Notes under the pieces: generated by a model | The model's database searches: none | Told to the model about the DNA's origin: nothing | What the model saw: the letters and a program-made list of their open reading frames with translations, nothing else | Virus record (IMG/VR): IMGVR_UViG_3300006467_000134 | Coordinates: 41,609-105,608 of that record | DNA length: 64,000 nucleotides | Strand: one strand, 5' to 3' | Source: a virus | Lineage: Duplodnaviria; Caudoviricetes | Part shown: one piece after another, positions 37,326 through 47,031 of the stretch | Position numbering within the stretch: the first letter of the stretch is position 1 | Layout of the letters: each line of letters opens with the position of its first letter | Translations under genes and position numbers: made by a program

Positions 37326-37853
37326 CTAACAAATATCCCCATCAGGATCGCGGGGATCAGAAACTGGCTCGGCTGCCTCGATATCAACAGAAGTATCGGA
37401 ATCGCAAGCGATTCTCCAAGTTAACTGTACATCTAAGGACCGAGAATGAATATCGGAATGTTCTTCAAAATCGTTTTCGTTTACCATATCTGAAACGAGT
37501 AACTCAGTCCAAGCATTATTGATATAACTATTGGAAACATCCCAAAAGTCATTGCTTGTGTCGGTTATATCCTCGATTATTGAATCAAGAAGTTGTTCTG
37601 GCATCAGACTACCACCAGTGTGGGCTGCCCCATAGGTCGTAATACGGACAACTGTTTTGTGAATCACATTTACAGTTGAGCTCCGTGGATTAGACCGTTG
37701 GACGTGAACACTTACATAAGGCAACCTGTCTTTCACATCTGATAAATATTGACCGATGTGAGTCTTTCCTGTTCCAGTGGGAAGCAGGGCAGTTAGACTG
37801 GCATTAGCCTTAAGCTTGTTGATCACTGCCTCTTTCAAACGTATTGAGCTCAT
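37326..37853 (-). CDS. Tail terminator / tail completion protein
   Basis: AVINKLKANASLTALL...LPYVSV; position before the tube gene. Confidence 0.7.
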   Translation of the reverse strand: MSSIRLKEAVINKLKANASLTALLPTGTGKTHIGQYLSDVKDRLPYVSVHVQRSNPRSSTVNVIHKTVVRITTYGAAHTGGSLMPEQLLDSIIEDITDTSNDFWDVSNSYINNAWTELLVSDMVNENDFEEHSDIHSRSLDVQLTWRIACDSDTSVDIEAAEPVSDPRDPDGDIC

Positions 37854-38371
37854 GATTTAAAGATCCTTCTAATTAGAGGTTTGACTTTGTCTGCAAAGAC
37901 GCCGGCAAACTCCCGACGATGTTCGGAAACAACAGGTAGAATGATCGGATAAGCTCGGTTACCATAACTGGTAATACGCCGATAGATACGAAGGGTAACC
38001 TTCTCCAGCTCCTCACCACTTAAACCAAATCGAAAAGCAACCCATCGCTTCAGTGTAGCAAAAGACACGTCGTGTGGGCCAATTCTTTTTCGTCTAGGTT
38101 TAGGTTCGATGTGCATACCATAGTCAACAAAGTATCCAAAATCGACATAGTCTTTTCCGGCTTTTGACTCAGTAGCGTTATAGAGGCTCTGGGTAAACAG
38201 GTGGTCTTTCCAAGGTGGTCGAGGATCTGTCCGTAGGCGTTCTTTAATTCGCTCTACAAACACTTCATCAACTGTCTCTTGGATTGGTTCCATGAACTCT
38301 GTTGGAAGTTCATTTATTTTCCTAGCTGCTATGACAAGTGCAGTGAACCCTGTTAGTTCAATATCTATCAT
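37850..38371 (-). CDS. Neck / tail completion protein (HK97 gp10-like)
   Basis: TQSLYNA...YGMHIE...LKRWV...IYRRI..YG..AYPII. Confidence 0.65.
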   Translation of the reverse strand: MIDIELTGFTALVIAARKINELPTEFMEPIQETVDEVFVERIKERLRTDPRPPWKDHLFTQSLYNATESKAGKDYVDFGYFVDYGMHIEPKPRRKRIGPHDVSFATLKRWVAFRFGLSGEELEKVTLRIYRRITSYGNRAYPIILPVVSEHRREFAGVFADKVKPLIRRIFKS

Positions 38372-38994
38372 TAGATTCTAGGGTTTGGATCATCCATGTC
38401 CGCCAATTCTGCCTGGATCGTCGTATGATGCCATAGACCTCTGATGGTCTTTTGGTGCTCATAACGAATGATCTTGTAGTAAATTGAAGGACCGGTGAAC
38501 CGGTAGAAATCGAAACCGTCTGGAAAGTCATTACAATACCGGAAACTGGTAATTGTGTAGTCTGTTCCATCATAGGTTAAGGTATAGTCACTCTCACCAA
38601 CAGTAATTTGAGTAGTCCCATTAACCCACTTGGTTCCATCCCAAGTTAGAAGTACATCCCCTCCAGGAGTGGAGATCCACATTTGAGGCCCAGTATTATC
38701 AGGGGCTCCCTGAGGCACTTGAACGTTAGGTAAAGTACCCCAGTCAATACGAACAAAATCACCGTTCTCAATCTTACTTGGGATCGAGGGTCCGGTGATT
38801 AATATCCGTCTCATGAAAGCTGAAGATTCTCCCATCCCTTTAGGGTGGTCGAAGTTTTCAGAGAAGAACCTAAGTTCCCCGACTCTTCCTTGCACGTTTG
38901 CGTGGAGTACTGTGTCCGTTGTCCCCGGCACTATCTGTCCCATCACTACCCGTTCCGACCGCCTCACTAGGTTCAGCCGGTGGATGCTCGTCAT
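38371..38994 (-). CDS. Putative head closure protein
   Basis: Position in the neck cluster; start uncertain (38994 or 39051). Confidence 0.5.
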   Translation of the reverse strand: MTSIHRLNLVRRSERVVMGQIVPGTTDTVLHANVQGRVGELRFFSENFDHPKGMGESSAFMRRILITGPSIPSKIENGDFVRIDWGTLPNVQVPQGAPDNTGPQMWISTPGGDVLLTWDGTKWVNGTTQITVGESDYTLTYDGTDYTITSFRYCNDFPDGFDFYRFTGPSIYYKIIRYEHQKTIRGLWHHTTIQAELADMDDPNPRI

Positions 38995-39175
38995 CCGTGT
39001 CGGACTTCTCTTCACTTGCGTCCTCCTCAGACAATATAATAGGAGAGGCATCTGTGTAATGATCAGGCAAAGTAAAATCCTGAAGGTTAATTTGTTGTCC
39101 CTCTGTGAAGAGCAATCGACCTTCTTTTACTCGCACTGATTTACCTGCAGGCACCGTAAAAACTTTTAACACCAT
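38870..39175 (-). CDS. Hypothetical protein
   Basis: Coupled to the upstream stop; acidic low-complexity C-terminus overlaps the next gene. Confidence 0.5.
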   Translation of the reverse strand: MVLKVFTVPAGKSVRVKEGRLLFTEGQQINLQDFTLPDHYTDASPIILSEEDASEEKSDTDDEHPPAEPSEAVGTGSDGTDSAGDNGHSTPRKRARKSRGT

Positions 39176-39828
39176 CGTCCACTTCCTCCGTTACAATCGT
39201 CATCTGAGGCATCACTAATAAAACTGATACCAAACTGGGCAAAAGGATTGATATACGCTTGGATCCTCTCATCGAGTTCTGTAAACCCTGTAGATCCTCG
39301 CAAATTCAACAAAGTGTAGTCTTGTTGATATGACTGACTTGTATCTTCAAAGTCCTCACGAACCAATCGACTTGGACGAAGACCAGAAGAACCTGGAGTA
39401 ATGTATTCCCGGGCTAAAGTAAAGACAATATCTTTGTAGCCAGCAGGCATCGTCTCACCAAATGTCCCGCAGACTCGTACGTCGCGGGTTGGGAAACAAT
39501 CATTACAGTACCTAATGTATCTTGGGAAGACTTCGATATAGTCAGTATCAACTGTTTCCCAATCGTCGCAGGAATTGCTGCATTCTCGGATTTCCACTGA
39601 CGTTAGAGACGTCAGAGGTTTCTCGGTGACTGGGAAAAGGAACAAGTCTTGTTTGCCTGTACCCAGGACGATAATACATTCAGAAGATGGGCAGTAATCC
39701 TGCCCTGTTAACTTATCAACTAATTCCAAGGCAACGTCCAGTTTTGTTTGAACGTATGCCTCAGAACAGCAGAGCGACTCAGTGTCGCATGAAAAATAGT
39801 CAAGCAAATCAGAAGCTAGTAGACACAT
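39166..39828 (-). CDS. Head-tail adaptor protein
   Basis: ALELVDKLTG...PLTSLTSVEI...VRVCGTFG..MPAGYKD adaptor-like pattern. Confidence 0.7.
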   Translation of the reverse strand: MCLLASDLLDYFSCDTESLCCSEAYVQTKLDVALELVDKLTGQDYCPSSECIIVLGTGKQDLFLFPVTEKPLTSLTSVEIRECSNSCDDWETVDTDYIEVFPRYIRYCNDCFPTRDVRVCGTFGETMPAGYKDIVFTLAREYITPGSSGLRPSRLVREDFEDTSQSYQQDYTLLNLRGSTGFTELDERIQAYINPFAQFGISFISDASDDDCNGGSGRWC

Positions 39829-40090
39829 AAGATCGCCTCCTCCAAAATCTCTTGAAAAACCGTTTTCTCTGATATGGATCGGGATCTACAGTATCTTCAT
39901 CTTTTGATTCATCTTGCTGACGGTCACGAAATCGTTCCCACCAGGGTTCACGATCCTCACGTTGCTCCTGTCTATCATGTCTCCACTGCTCAAAGAAATC
40001 AATGATCGGTGTAGATCTGTAGTTACAGGATTGCACCAAGAGGATAAGACAGACAAGGATCACAATCGTGAGAATCATGTACGATTTCAT
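39809..40090 (-). CDS. Putative lipoprotein / membrane protein
   Basis: Hydrophobic N-terminus ending VQSC; basic C-terminus. Confidence 0.6.
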   Translation of the reverse strand: MKSYMILTIVILVCLILLVQSCNYRSTPIIDFFEQWRHDRQEQREDREPWWERFRDRQQDESKDEDTVDPDPYQRKRFFKRFWRRRSYVSTSF

Positions 40091-40581
40091 TAGTAGCAGC
40101 CATTAGGCCCACATGTGCGAGCTCGGCCACCAAATACACCGCGGAATACTCTCCGTGGTTGGGCTACCTGACGAACAGGAGCCTGGTAGGTTTGAGCTGG
40201 ACGGTATGTAGGCTTAGCAACAGGAGCTGCATATCCAGTTACACCACCGTAGCTTACTGGAGGAACAGGAATTCCGTTGATAGCCGTTAGAGTTTCACCA
40301 GGTCGCAAACTAGCAACTGCTTGGTCGTAGTCAGACTGAGCTACGCCAGCCACAACTTGACCAGCCGGTACAGATTGAACCGTAGTGGCTGGTGCTTCCA
40401 GGCCACATTGGCAACGTGCGTCCAAAGCATCAACACGATCTTCCAGATCGTCAACTCGGCCAATCAAAGCCGACAAGGATACGTCATAAAACGTGGCGGC
40501 AATTGGCTCGCCGTCTTGTACGGGAATAGTTCCCAGTCCGCCCAAAAAGGACAGAGAATAGATCAAAGCATTCTTCAACAT
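40090..40581 (-). CDS. Secreted low-complexity protein with C-terminal CGPNGC motif
   Basis: Signal-like N-terminus, short coiled coil, CQC, Pro/Ala-rich linker, RRVFRGVFGGRARTCGPNGCY. Confidence 0.7.
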   Translation of the reverse strand: MLKNALIYSLSFLGGLGTIPVQDGEPIAATFYDVSLSALIGRVDDLEDRVDALDARCQCGLEAPATTVQSVPAGQVVAGVAQSDYDQAVASLRPGETLTAINGIPVPPVSYGGVTGYAAPVAKPTYRPAQTYQAPVRQVAQPRRVFRGVFGGRARTCGPNGCY

Positions 40582-40591
40582 CGAGAATTCC

Positions 40592-41473
40592 TTACAGGTT
40601 TGAGTTTTCGGGGTCTTCTACAGCCCCAGTGATTACGTAAAAGTCGTGATACTTGCGGCATTGGAAAGCGGATTCCATAGTCATCAGACCAAATCCGCCT
40701 TCTCCCCAACCACTGCCCTGTGGACCATACATTGCATCCTTGGAGGGTCCCCAAGAATTGCACAGGTCGGGGTGTACTAGATCTCGCCCACCTACCCACT
40801 TACCAGCGTGGAAGAATGAGGCATGGTTACCAGGACCGCGGCCTTGAACGGCATAACCGTTTTGTAGACGCATCGAGCTATTTGCAACATGCCATGCCAT
40901 GACAATTGGATATTCTCGGGCAATGGCGGTAACAATCGTTTGCTTGAAGCCTTCGTAGTCTTCAGGGACTCGGTAAGGTTCCCAGCCTTTGAATCGGTGA
41001 GCGGCTGCGTCAGCCTCTCGGCGAATAGCTTCTGGCACTTGGCGTTCGTTGTATACCAGGTGGCCAATTTCACCAGATGGAAGAACGCGAGGAGCAAATC
41101 CTTGGTTCTTCAAAAATGCCATTCCGTCATCCAGCATCGAACCACGATCTTGACCACCATTGATGTGGTAGTACATGTAGTTGTCTGCCAAGGCTACGTG
41201 CTTCTGTCCCGTGATATCACGGTTTCGATACATAGCACCAGCTGCTGCCGAGGTGTTACATTTACCAACAGACGATTGGTTGATCATCCATTTGGCAAAC
41301 TTAGTTCGGATTTTCTTGTAATCCTTTGCCTTGATTAGGCGTTCTGCCTCTGATGCGTCAAGCAATTCTGCTTGCGGAAACTCCGCGTAAACACGAGGCA
41401 ATTCATCAGGAACCAAGTTACCAGTAGACACCAACGTGCCATCAGGTAACTTAAACTGTTCTACTTCTGCCAT
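40592..41473 (-). CDS. Papain-like (C1) cysteine peptidase
   Basis: NQSSVGKC (catalytic Cys), GGQDRGS, GNHA (His), NSWG...WGEGGFG (Asn). Confidence 0.88.
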   Translation of the reverse strand: MAEVEQFKLPDGTLVSTGNLVPDELPRVYAEFPQAELLDASEAERLIKAKDYKKIRTKFAKWMINQSSVGKCNTSAAAGAMYRNRDITGQKHVALADNYMYYHINGGQDRGSMLDDGMAFLKNQGFAPRVLPSGEIGHLVYNERQVPEAIRREADAAAHRFKGWEPYRVPEDYEGFKQTIVTAIAREYPIVMAWHVANSSMRLQNGYAVQGRGPGNHASFFHAGKWVGGRDLVHPDLCNSWGPSKDAMYGPQGSGWGEGGFGLMTMESAFQCRKYHDFYVITGAVEDPENSNL

Positions 41474-42039
41474 GACTTAATCACCTCCTCAAGTTTCGAC
41501 ACAGAGTCGGGAAGAGGAGCGAACTTAACTACCTCTCCACCACGAGTAACATATACGCCAGGAGCTGGCTGTTTAGCCAAATAGGGCTGTGCTGCTGGCT
41601 GTTCATCATCCCACTTTCGGTACTCAGCAAACCCGTACTTTTCCCAGATACCCTGTCCTTCAAGAGGTCGCATGGCATCTACCAAGTCTTGCTGGGTTAC
41701 CGTAGTTTCAGAGTCAACAACCAGAACCAAAGTGGCATCTGCAAAGTCGATACCGTCCTTTCGCTCGTCCTGTTGGTCATCCTTCTGGTCGTCCTGCTGG
41801 TCTTCGTCCTGCTTATCGTCCTTGTCGTTGTCATCAATTTGACCTTGGTCATCTTGATTCTGGTCAAATGGCCACAGATCGTTATTATCTGCGTACCACC
41901 CATAACCCAGCAAGGCAATAATAAGGATGATCAGAAAAGTAGGAAAACTGCCTGAACTCTGAGGAACTGGCTGAACTGGTTGTACAGCTTGCTGTTGTTG
42001 CTTTAGCAACTGAGCCAAAATGCTGTTCTGTTCATTCAT
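41461..42039 (-). CDS. Membrane-anchored protein with D/Q-rich linker and thioredoxin-like C-terminal domain
   Basis: TM segment; DQ/DK repeats; LVLVVDS...PGVYV..GGEVVK..PLP. Confidence 0.65.
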   Translation of the reverse strand: MNEQNSILAQLLKQQQQAVQPVQPVPQSSGSFPTFLIILIIALLGYGWYADNNDLWPFDQNQDDQGQIDDNDKDDKQDEDQQDDQKDDQQDERKDGIDFADATLVLVVDSETTVTQQDLVDAMRPLEGQGIWEKYGFAEYRKWDDEQPAAQPYLAKQPAPGVYVTRGGEVVKFAPLPDSVSKLEEVIKSWQK

Positions 42040-42041
42040 TA

Positions 42042-42575
42042 TTATTCTTCCTCGCAAGTTAGTTGTTGCCCGGTCAGAGCTCCGTAAACTTCAGCCAATG
42101 TAGCACTGTCTTTTTCATGGCTGGCTTTAATCAAAGCAATCTCCAGCAACTGTTGTTGTTCTGCAGTCAATCGTGGCTGTGGTTTAGTTACCTGCTCCAG
42201 GATATCCCGGGCTGTTGGATCCGCGAAGTTTCCTCCAGATGGAGTTACTGTGTCGATTGGATCTTGCTGAGTGAAGTTATCAAACTGCTCACGTCCCCAG
42301 TTGAAGACATAGCTTACAAAATACCAACCTACTCCACCGACAGTGATAATGAAGTTGATGAATCCAGTTGTCCATTCAACGAATGCCGCGGAAGGTGCTT
42401 CCTGATAAACAGTGACGCCGGCAGCGTTGACAGTTTCGACATCAGGAGGCATTACGGCTGGGAGGGTAAACCACAGGAGTGTTCGAAAGGCGATATACCC
42501 AATGAACAAACCAAACAGAAGTTTCGCCCAACGATAATCTTCGTCGAGCTTCAAGTCTTTCAAAAAATCAAGCAT
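42042..42575 (-). CDS. Two-TM membrane protein (holin-like candidate)
   Basis: Two hydrophobic helices; first gene of the protease cluster. Confidence 0.55.
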   Translation of the reverse strand: MLDFLKDLKLDEDYRWAKLLFGLFIGYIAFRTLLWFTLPAVMPPDVETVNAAGVTVYQEAPSAAFVEWTTGFINFIITVGGVGWYFVSYVFNWGREQFDNFTQQDPIDTVTPSGGNFADPTARDILEQVTKPQPRLTAEQQQLLEIALIKASHEKDSATLAEVYGALTGQQLTCEEE

Positions 42576-43626
42576 TGCTGTCTTTCCCCGCCGTATACCA
42601 GGCATTCCTGATACCTCTAGGCAGATTCAAATAATGGGACATAAAGAGATCCTTGAAGTCCCCGATGTGGATCTCAACCATCAGGTCCTTCACAAGTATC
42701 AGATGAACGTCCTCTTCATCATCAACTATCTGAAATCCGTCTAAGTAATCTGGCAATGTGTTGTCAGCGTCGTTTGAGATCTTAACTTTGATCTTTCTAG
42801 ACGTATCCGTTTTGGTGTAGGACTGACAGTGACTTATGCCGAGAAACTCGCAGATTTGGTCGGCTGTAATAGATTCAGCCAGGGCCTTAGAAACCGGACA
42901 ATAGGGTTGTAGACTATGTGTTGGTTGTAGGCCGAGCTCGTCGAAGTTCTCAATCCCGAGAACTGTTGGGTATCTTTGTATTACATTATACCCTGTATTG
43001 GTTAAAATGCAAGAACTTTCTACCCCCAATACTCCAGAAATATGAATAAATCCAGAATCTATCCCCACAAATCTACTACAAGTAGCCAAAAGCTGGGTTT
43101 GTTCAAGTAAATCTTCGGTCCAGTCAGACACCTTGTAGATATGATTTACCTTATCTGTGAACCCATAGTCACCAGAGGTACCCAGGAAATACACATGCCA
43201 TCCTGCTTTGGAGGCACTATATGCCACTTCGTCCCAAACATTCTTTGGAATGTGCCGATTGGGATTAGTAGCTGTAGTGTGAATCGCTAGGGTTTGTTGT
43301 ATTGGATCTACTTGAATTCTAAAACTACCAATACTTGGTTTATTCTGATTGAGCCTTTTTGCAGCCAACTCGTAGTAGTCAAACTTGTACAACTTATCGT
43401 AGTTCGCCAGAAACATGTCTGATCGAATTACTTTGTCGTACTCTTCATCCAGGTCCAAGTTCTTGAACTCGGGACTGTGTACGTCGAACGTTTTGTTGAC
43501 ATTAGTCAGTTGAGAAATCAGAGGACGTTGTGCATCTCTGATAGCCACATCTACTAAGTCCTGGCAAGCTCCAATTAAGATAATTGAATCGCCAATTCCA
43601 CCATCACAAATGATCAGCTTTTTCAT
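42568..43626 (-). CDS. Glycosyltransferase family 9 (heptosyltransferase-like)
   Basis: GGIGDSI, IHTTATNPNR, FVGIDSGFIHISGVLG. Confidence 0.85.
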   Translation of the reverse strand: MKKLIICDGGIGDSIILIGACQDLVDVAIRDAQRPLISQLTNVNKTFDVHSPEFKNLDLDEEYDKVIRSDMFLANYDKLYKFDYYELAAKRLNQNKPSIGSFRIQVDPIQQTLAIHTTATNPNRHIPKNVWDEVAYSASKAGWHVYFLGTSGDYGFTDKVNHIYKVSDWTEDLLEQTQLLATCSRFVGIDSGFIHISGVLGVESSCILTNTGYNVIQRYPTVLGIENFDELGLQPTHSLQPYCPVSKALAESITADQICEFLGISHCQSYTKTDTSRKIKVKISNDADNTLPDYLDGFQIVDDEEDVHLILVKDLMVEIHIGDFKDLFMSHYLNLPRGIRNAWYTAGKDSNA

Positions 43627-44188
43627 GTCGTTCCTTAATCTTTTTAGTGGTTTCCCAACCTAACTTATAAAGCACCCATTCCAACCCATACCAAATTCTA
43701 AGTCCATCTATTACTGGATTAAGATAATTAGTCATTGGACAGAATTTGTAGCCAGCTAAGTGTTTCGGGATCAGCTTTTTCATTGATCGGTGGTGAAGAT
43801 CATGTTCCTCGGCGGATTGAAATAATCCTACTCGTTGCATGAACTTTATAGACCAATGAAGCTGTCTTTGAGGAACATGAGACCAGCGATGAATTAGATT
43901 ACCAACACTGGTAAATAGAACCCCTAACCAGAGAATCCTTGGTGCTCCAACCAACCACAGTATAGACGCTAAGGGTACCGCGGCTATTACCGATGATTTT
44001 ATGTTTGTCCAGGGTGTTCCGAGCAGCATGGCTGTTGGCTGACGATGGTGAAGATCGTTGTCCTCGGCTATTGAGTCAAGGAAGCTTAGAGAATAATTCC
44101 CATCTAAGTAACGATCTTCCCACCAATGAACAGCACCTGAAATGAGATCGGCCAGTAACCAAGCTGCCAGAATCTCAATTAGGATCAT
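43604..44188 (-). CDS. carF: CarF/TMEM189 (PEDS1)-family lipid desaturase
   Basis: ADLISGAVHWWEDRY, DLHHRQP, NLIHRWSH, MQRVGLFQS.EEHDLHH, FCPMTNYLNPVID. Confidence 0.88.
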   Translation of the reverse strand: MILIEILAAWLLADLISGAVHWWEDRYLDGNYSLSFLDSIAEDNDLHHRQPTAMLLGTPWTNIKSSVIAAVPLASILWLVGAPRILWLGVLFTSVGNLIHRWSHVPQRQLHWSIKFMQRVGLFQSAEEHDLHHRSMKKLIPKHLAGYKFCPMTNYLNPVIDGLRIWYGLEWVLYKLGWETTKKIKERHEKADHL

Positions 44189-44772
44189 GCCTTCACCAAC
44201 ATCACAATCTCGGCATCAGCCAACACAGCGGTATCTGTTACCAGATACAGGTTTGCCTTGCTATAAAGCATCAGCATTTCTGCGTCAGTAGGCTCGTAGT
44301 GGTTGTTTGTAGTCGTGAAGCTGAACAGTTCCTGAGGATCATTGTAGCTGCCGTCAAAATAGACGGTGATTACATCTCCGTTGAACTCGTCAGGAGCATA
44401 GAAGCTGCCACCATGATATGGTGCGAAGTTCTGTACGTCAGAATCAGTCTCTCCAGATGCAATCGAGAAGATCAACTCTGATCCACCTTGAAGGCTATCT
44501 GTGCTTCCTGCGGTTCCAGAGGCCTTACAGCTACTGATAAACTGCCTAACCAGAGCGTAGGTTAGAGCATCACCTGACCCACTACTAGCTAAAGCATCGT
44601 CGTCGTGAATTGCCTCAGTTCCGCTTCGAAGTGACTGTACAACCCATTTACCGTCCGTAACAAGACGAACTTCTGCTTGTGTGAGGTCGATGTCTACGGT
44701 GTGTCCCGCAGAGTTATTGAAGATCAGGTTACACCCATCAAGGGTGTAACTTTCGTATGAACAACATGCCAT
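44185..44772 (-). CDS. Hypothetical virion-associated protein
   Basis: 195 aa acidic ORF with AGGAG RBS in the head region. Confidence 0.7.
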   Translation of the reverse strand: MACCSYESYTLDGCNLIFNNSAGHTVDIDLTQAEVRLVTDGKWVVQSLRSGTEAIHDDDALASSGSGDALTYALVRQFISSCKASGTAGSTDSLQGGSELIFSIASGETDSDVQNFAPYHGGSFYAPDEFNGDVITVYFDGSYNDPQELFSFTTTNNHYEPTDAEMLMLYSKANLYLVTDTAVLADAEIVMLVKA

Positions 44773-44808
44773 TTACTGGCTCCTATGGATAGATTGGTTA
44801 TTAAGAGA

Positions 44809-46980
44809 CTATGCCCAAGTATGGGAAACGCCCGGAGTTCCAGCTACAACGACCCACAAGGTTGATGTCACCGCTTCCAGAGTCAGGGCCGAATTAGCTG
44901 CCATCGTGATTGACCCGCCAGTACCGGCAGTTGTCGAATCAGCCCCACCGACTACCTGAACACTTGCTGGCTGGGCAATCGTCACCGTTCCGCCTGCTGA
45001 AATATATTGGTGTCTTTGTCCAACTTCTGCAGTTGTCGGCAACGTGTAGGTCGTTGTACCAGTGGCGGAAATGTACGACTCACCCGGCAGCGTCGTTTTG
45101 TCAGCGTTTCGAACCTGAGTCTTTGGCGTCGACAGTCCTCGATAGAATCCAGACACTCGCCCAGACACATCGTTGTAGGAGTTTTGCAGCGACAGGACGT
45201 TTCCGCTGGACTTCACGCCATAGCTGCCGTCTTGGTCATCGCCAAGGAACTTAAACCACTCGTAGGGCCTGCTAGGGTTCGACGCGATAGATGTATCGTG
45301 CGTACTGATCCTGAATCGCTCATTCCCGTTAATGTCAAAGAACTTGAACGCGTTGACGTTTCCTTCTGTGTTCGGATTCGGGAGAAACTGTAAAACAGAA
45401 TTAACCTTATCGTATTCTACGGTAAACGCTTTTTCTCGCGTTCCTAGGTTAAGTTTATCGGTGAAAATTTCGGCGTTGGCAATGTCATAAAATGAATAGC
45501 GGTTAGGTCCAATCATAAGACAAGACAGCTCACTAAGCATCATTGCGGACAAGTAGTCATTTGCAGTATCTGGCAAATGCGTTCCGTCACCTTCCCAGCT
45601 CAAATCTGTTAATGCCGAATACGTCTTAAAATGCCGGTAGGCGTCAAACCAATACAGCCCACGATCCTCAGCATATTGGCGAACAAGTGCGTTTTCTGCG
45701 TATGTGTCGTTCTCAGTTTCGGCCCCTGTGTCTGAACTGTCAGGCGATGTCAGTATCAATACAAATTCAGTGTTCGCCGCAGCAATAACTGCATCTAGAT
45801 AATTTATGAATCCGCCTGTTTCATAGCGGGCAACATTCTCCTTGTTCTCGCAGAACCAAAGCGTTGGACACACGTCTGCCAACATCGCATCACGAGTAGA
45901 AGTATCCCAGTCCAAATAATCCTCAAAATTCATGCCGCCGCGTTGCATACTGTGTTCAACGAAAGCGTTCTTCGACAGAGCATTGAAGATTACCCGAGTT
46001 ATCCTAACACGACCGCCTGATACGTGGACCGCCTTGATACCTCGTGAGCCGAAATCACTCCTAAGAAGGATTCGACCGTATGTCGTGGTTGGGTTGTCGC
46101 AGTCAATCGACGTGTAGCCTGTGATGTCAGACCATGAACTTGGCGATCCTTCGTCGGTGCTTTCCTGCAACTTGAAGATTCCAGCTCCCGATTCCTTCAC
46201 GTAATAGACAACGATGAAATCGCATTCTGGGTTGTTTCCATTTACGCTATAGGCAGCTTCACCTCCACTACCAATAGAAGTATAGGTTCCAGCGAAGTTT
46301 ACTTCGTAGTCGTATTCCTTGCCGCTGGTGCCATCTGCATCCCATGCGTCGCCAGACAGCGACTTAGTTTGAAGGTAAATATCTTTTTCAAAAGTCGCCG
46401 CCCACTTGGCTCGAAATTGGTTGTATACTTTTGGGGCAACACTGTCTCCGGTTGAACCAGTTACAAGCTGTGCCTTTAGCGTGGCAGTGATTGTCCCTGT
46501 TGCCGGTGTGGTTGGCGTTTGGTCGGTGGCCATCTCGCAAGTGAAAGTCGTGCTACTTGGAACCGTCAAGATTCGCCAACCGTTGTTGTAGTCAGTTTCG
46601 TTTGCACCAGAGATCAGCACCGAATCGCCAACAATGAACAGGTGGTCAGTCGCGGTCGTGACAGTCATAGTTGTGCCGGATCGCGTGATACTCGATACGG
46701 AAACTGCAGATTGCGTAGTATTCACAATGTCCAGTTTACGCATAGTACGTTTGAAATTCTTCAAAGGTGCGTTGGCATCTACTAAGAAAGAGGAGTCTCT
46801 AAGAGTTTCTGCAATCTGCTTGAGGTTCTCGTTTAGGAGAATTTTTCCCTCCATAGAGTCAATTGACATCTCTTGTCGAAAGAGTCCCAACATCTCATAC
46901 GCAATACCATGTGACTGCATAAGAGGAGTAGGAGAGGTTGCTCCGGGGGAGGCGTCTGGGTAACGTGTCCAGTCTGACAT
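44809..46980 (-). CDS. Head fibre/decoration-like protein with SGNH-hydrolase-like domain
   Basis: N-terminus shared with 47032-47499; SITRSGTTMTVTTATDH...GDSVLISGA beta domain; GDS...GG...DGTHL SGNH-like blocks. Confidence 0.6.
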   Translation of the reverse strand: MSDWTRYPDASPGATSPTPLMQSHGIAYEMLGLFRQEMSIDSMEGKILLNENLKQIAETLRDSSFLVDANAPLKNFKRTMRKLDIVNTTQSAVSVSSITRSGTTMTVTTATDHLFIVGDSVLISGANETDYNNGWRILTVPSSTTFTCEMATDQTPTTPATGTITATLKAQLVTGSTGDSVAPKVYNQFRAKWAATFEKDIYLQTKSLSGDAWDADGTSGKEYDYEVNFAGTYTSIGSGGEAAYSVNGNNPECDFIVVYYVKESGAGIFKLQESTDEGSPSSWSDITGYTSIDCDNPTTTYGRILLRSDFGSRGIKAVHVSGGRVRITRVIFNALSKNAFVEHSMQRGGMNFEDYLDWDTSTRDAMLADVCPTLWFCENKENVARYETGGFINYLDAVIAAANTEFVLILTSPDSSDTGAETENDTYAENALVRQYAEDRGLYWFDAYRHFKTYSALTDLSWEGDGTHLPDTANDYLSAMMLSELSCLMIGPNRYSFYDIANAEIFTDKLNLGTREKAFTVEYDKVNSVLQFLPNPNTEGNVNAFKFFDINGNERFRISTHDTSIASNPSRPYEWFKFLGDDQDGSYGVKSSGNVLSLQNSYNDVSGRVSGFYRGLSTPKTQVRNADKTTLPGESYISATGTTTYTLPTTAEVGQRHQYISAGGTVTIAQPASVQVVGGADSTTAGTGGSITMAANSALTLEAVTSTLWVVVAGTPGVSHTWA

Positions 46981-46991
46981 TAGTAATTCCT

Positions 46992-47025
46992 AAAAACAAA
47001 AAGAGAGCCTCTATTACAGAGGCTC
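46992..47025 (-). terminator. Intrinsic terminator
   Basis: GAGCCTCT-GTAAT-AGAGGCTC followed by TCTTTTTGTTTTT on the minus strand. Confidence 0.75.
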
Positions 47026-47031
47026 AGTGAC

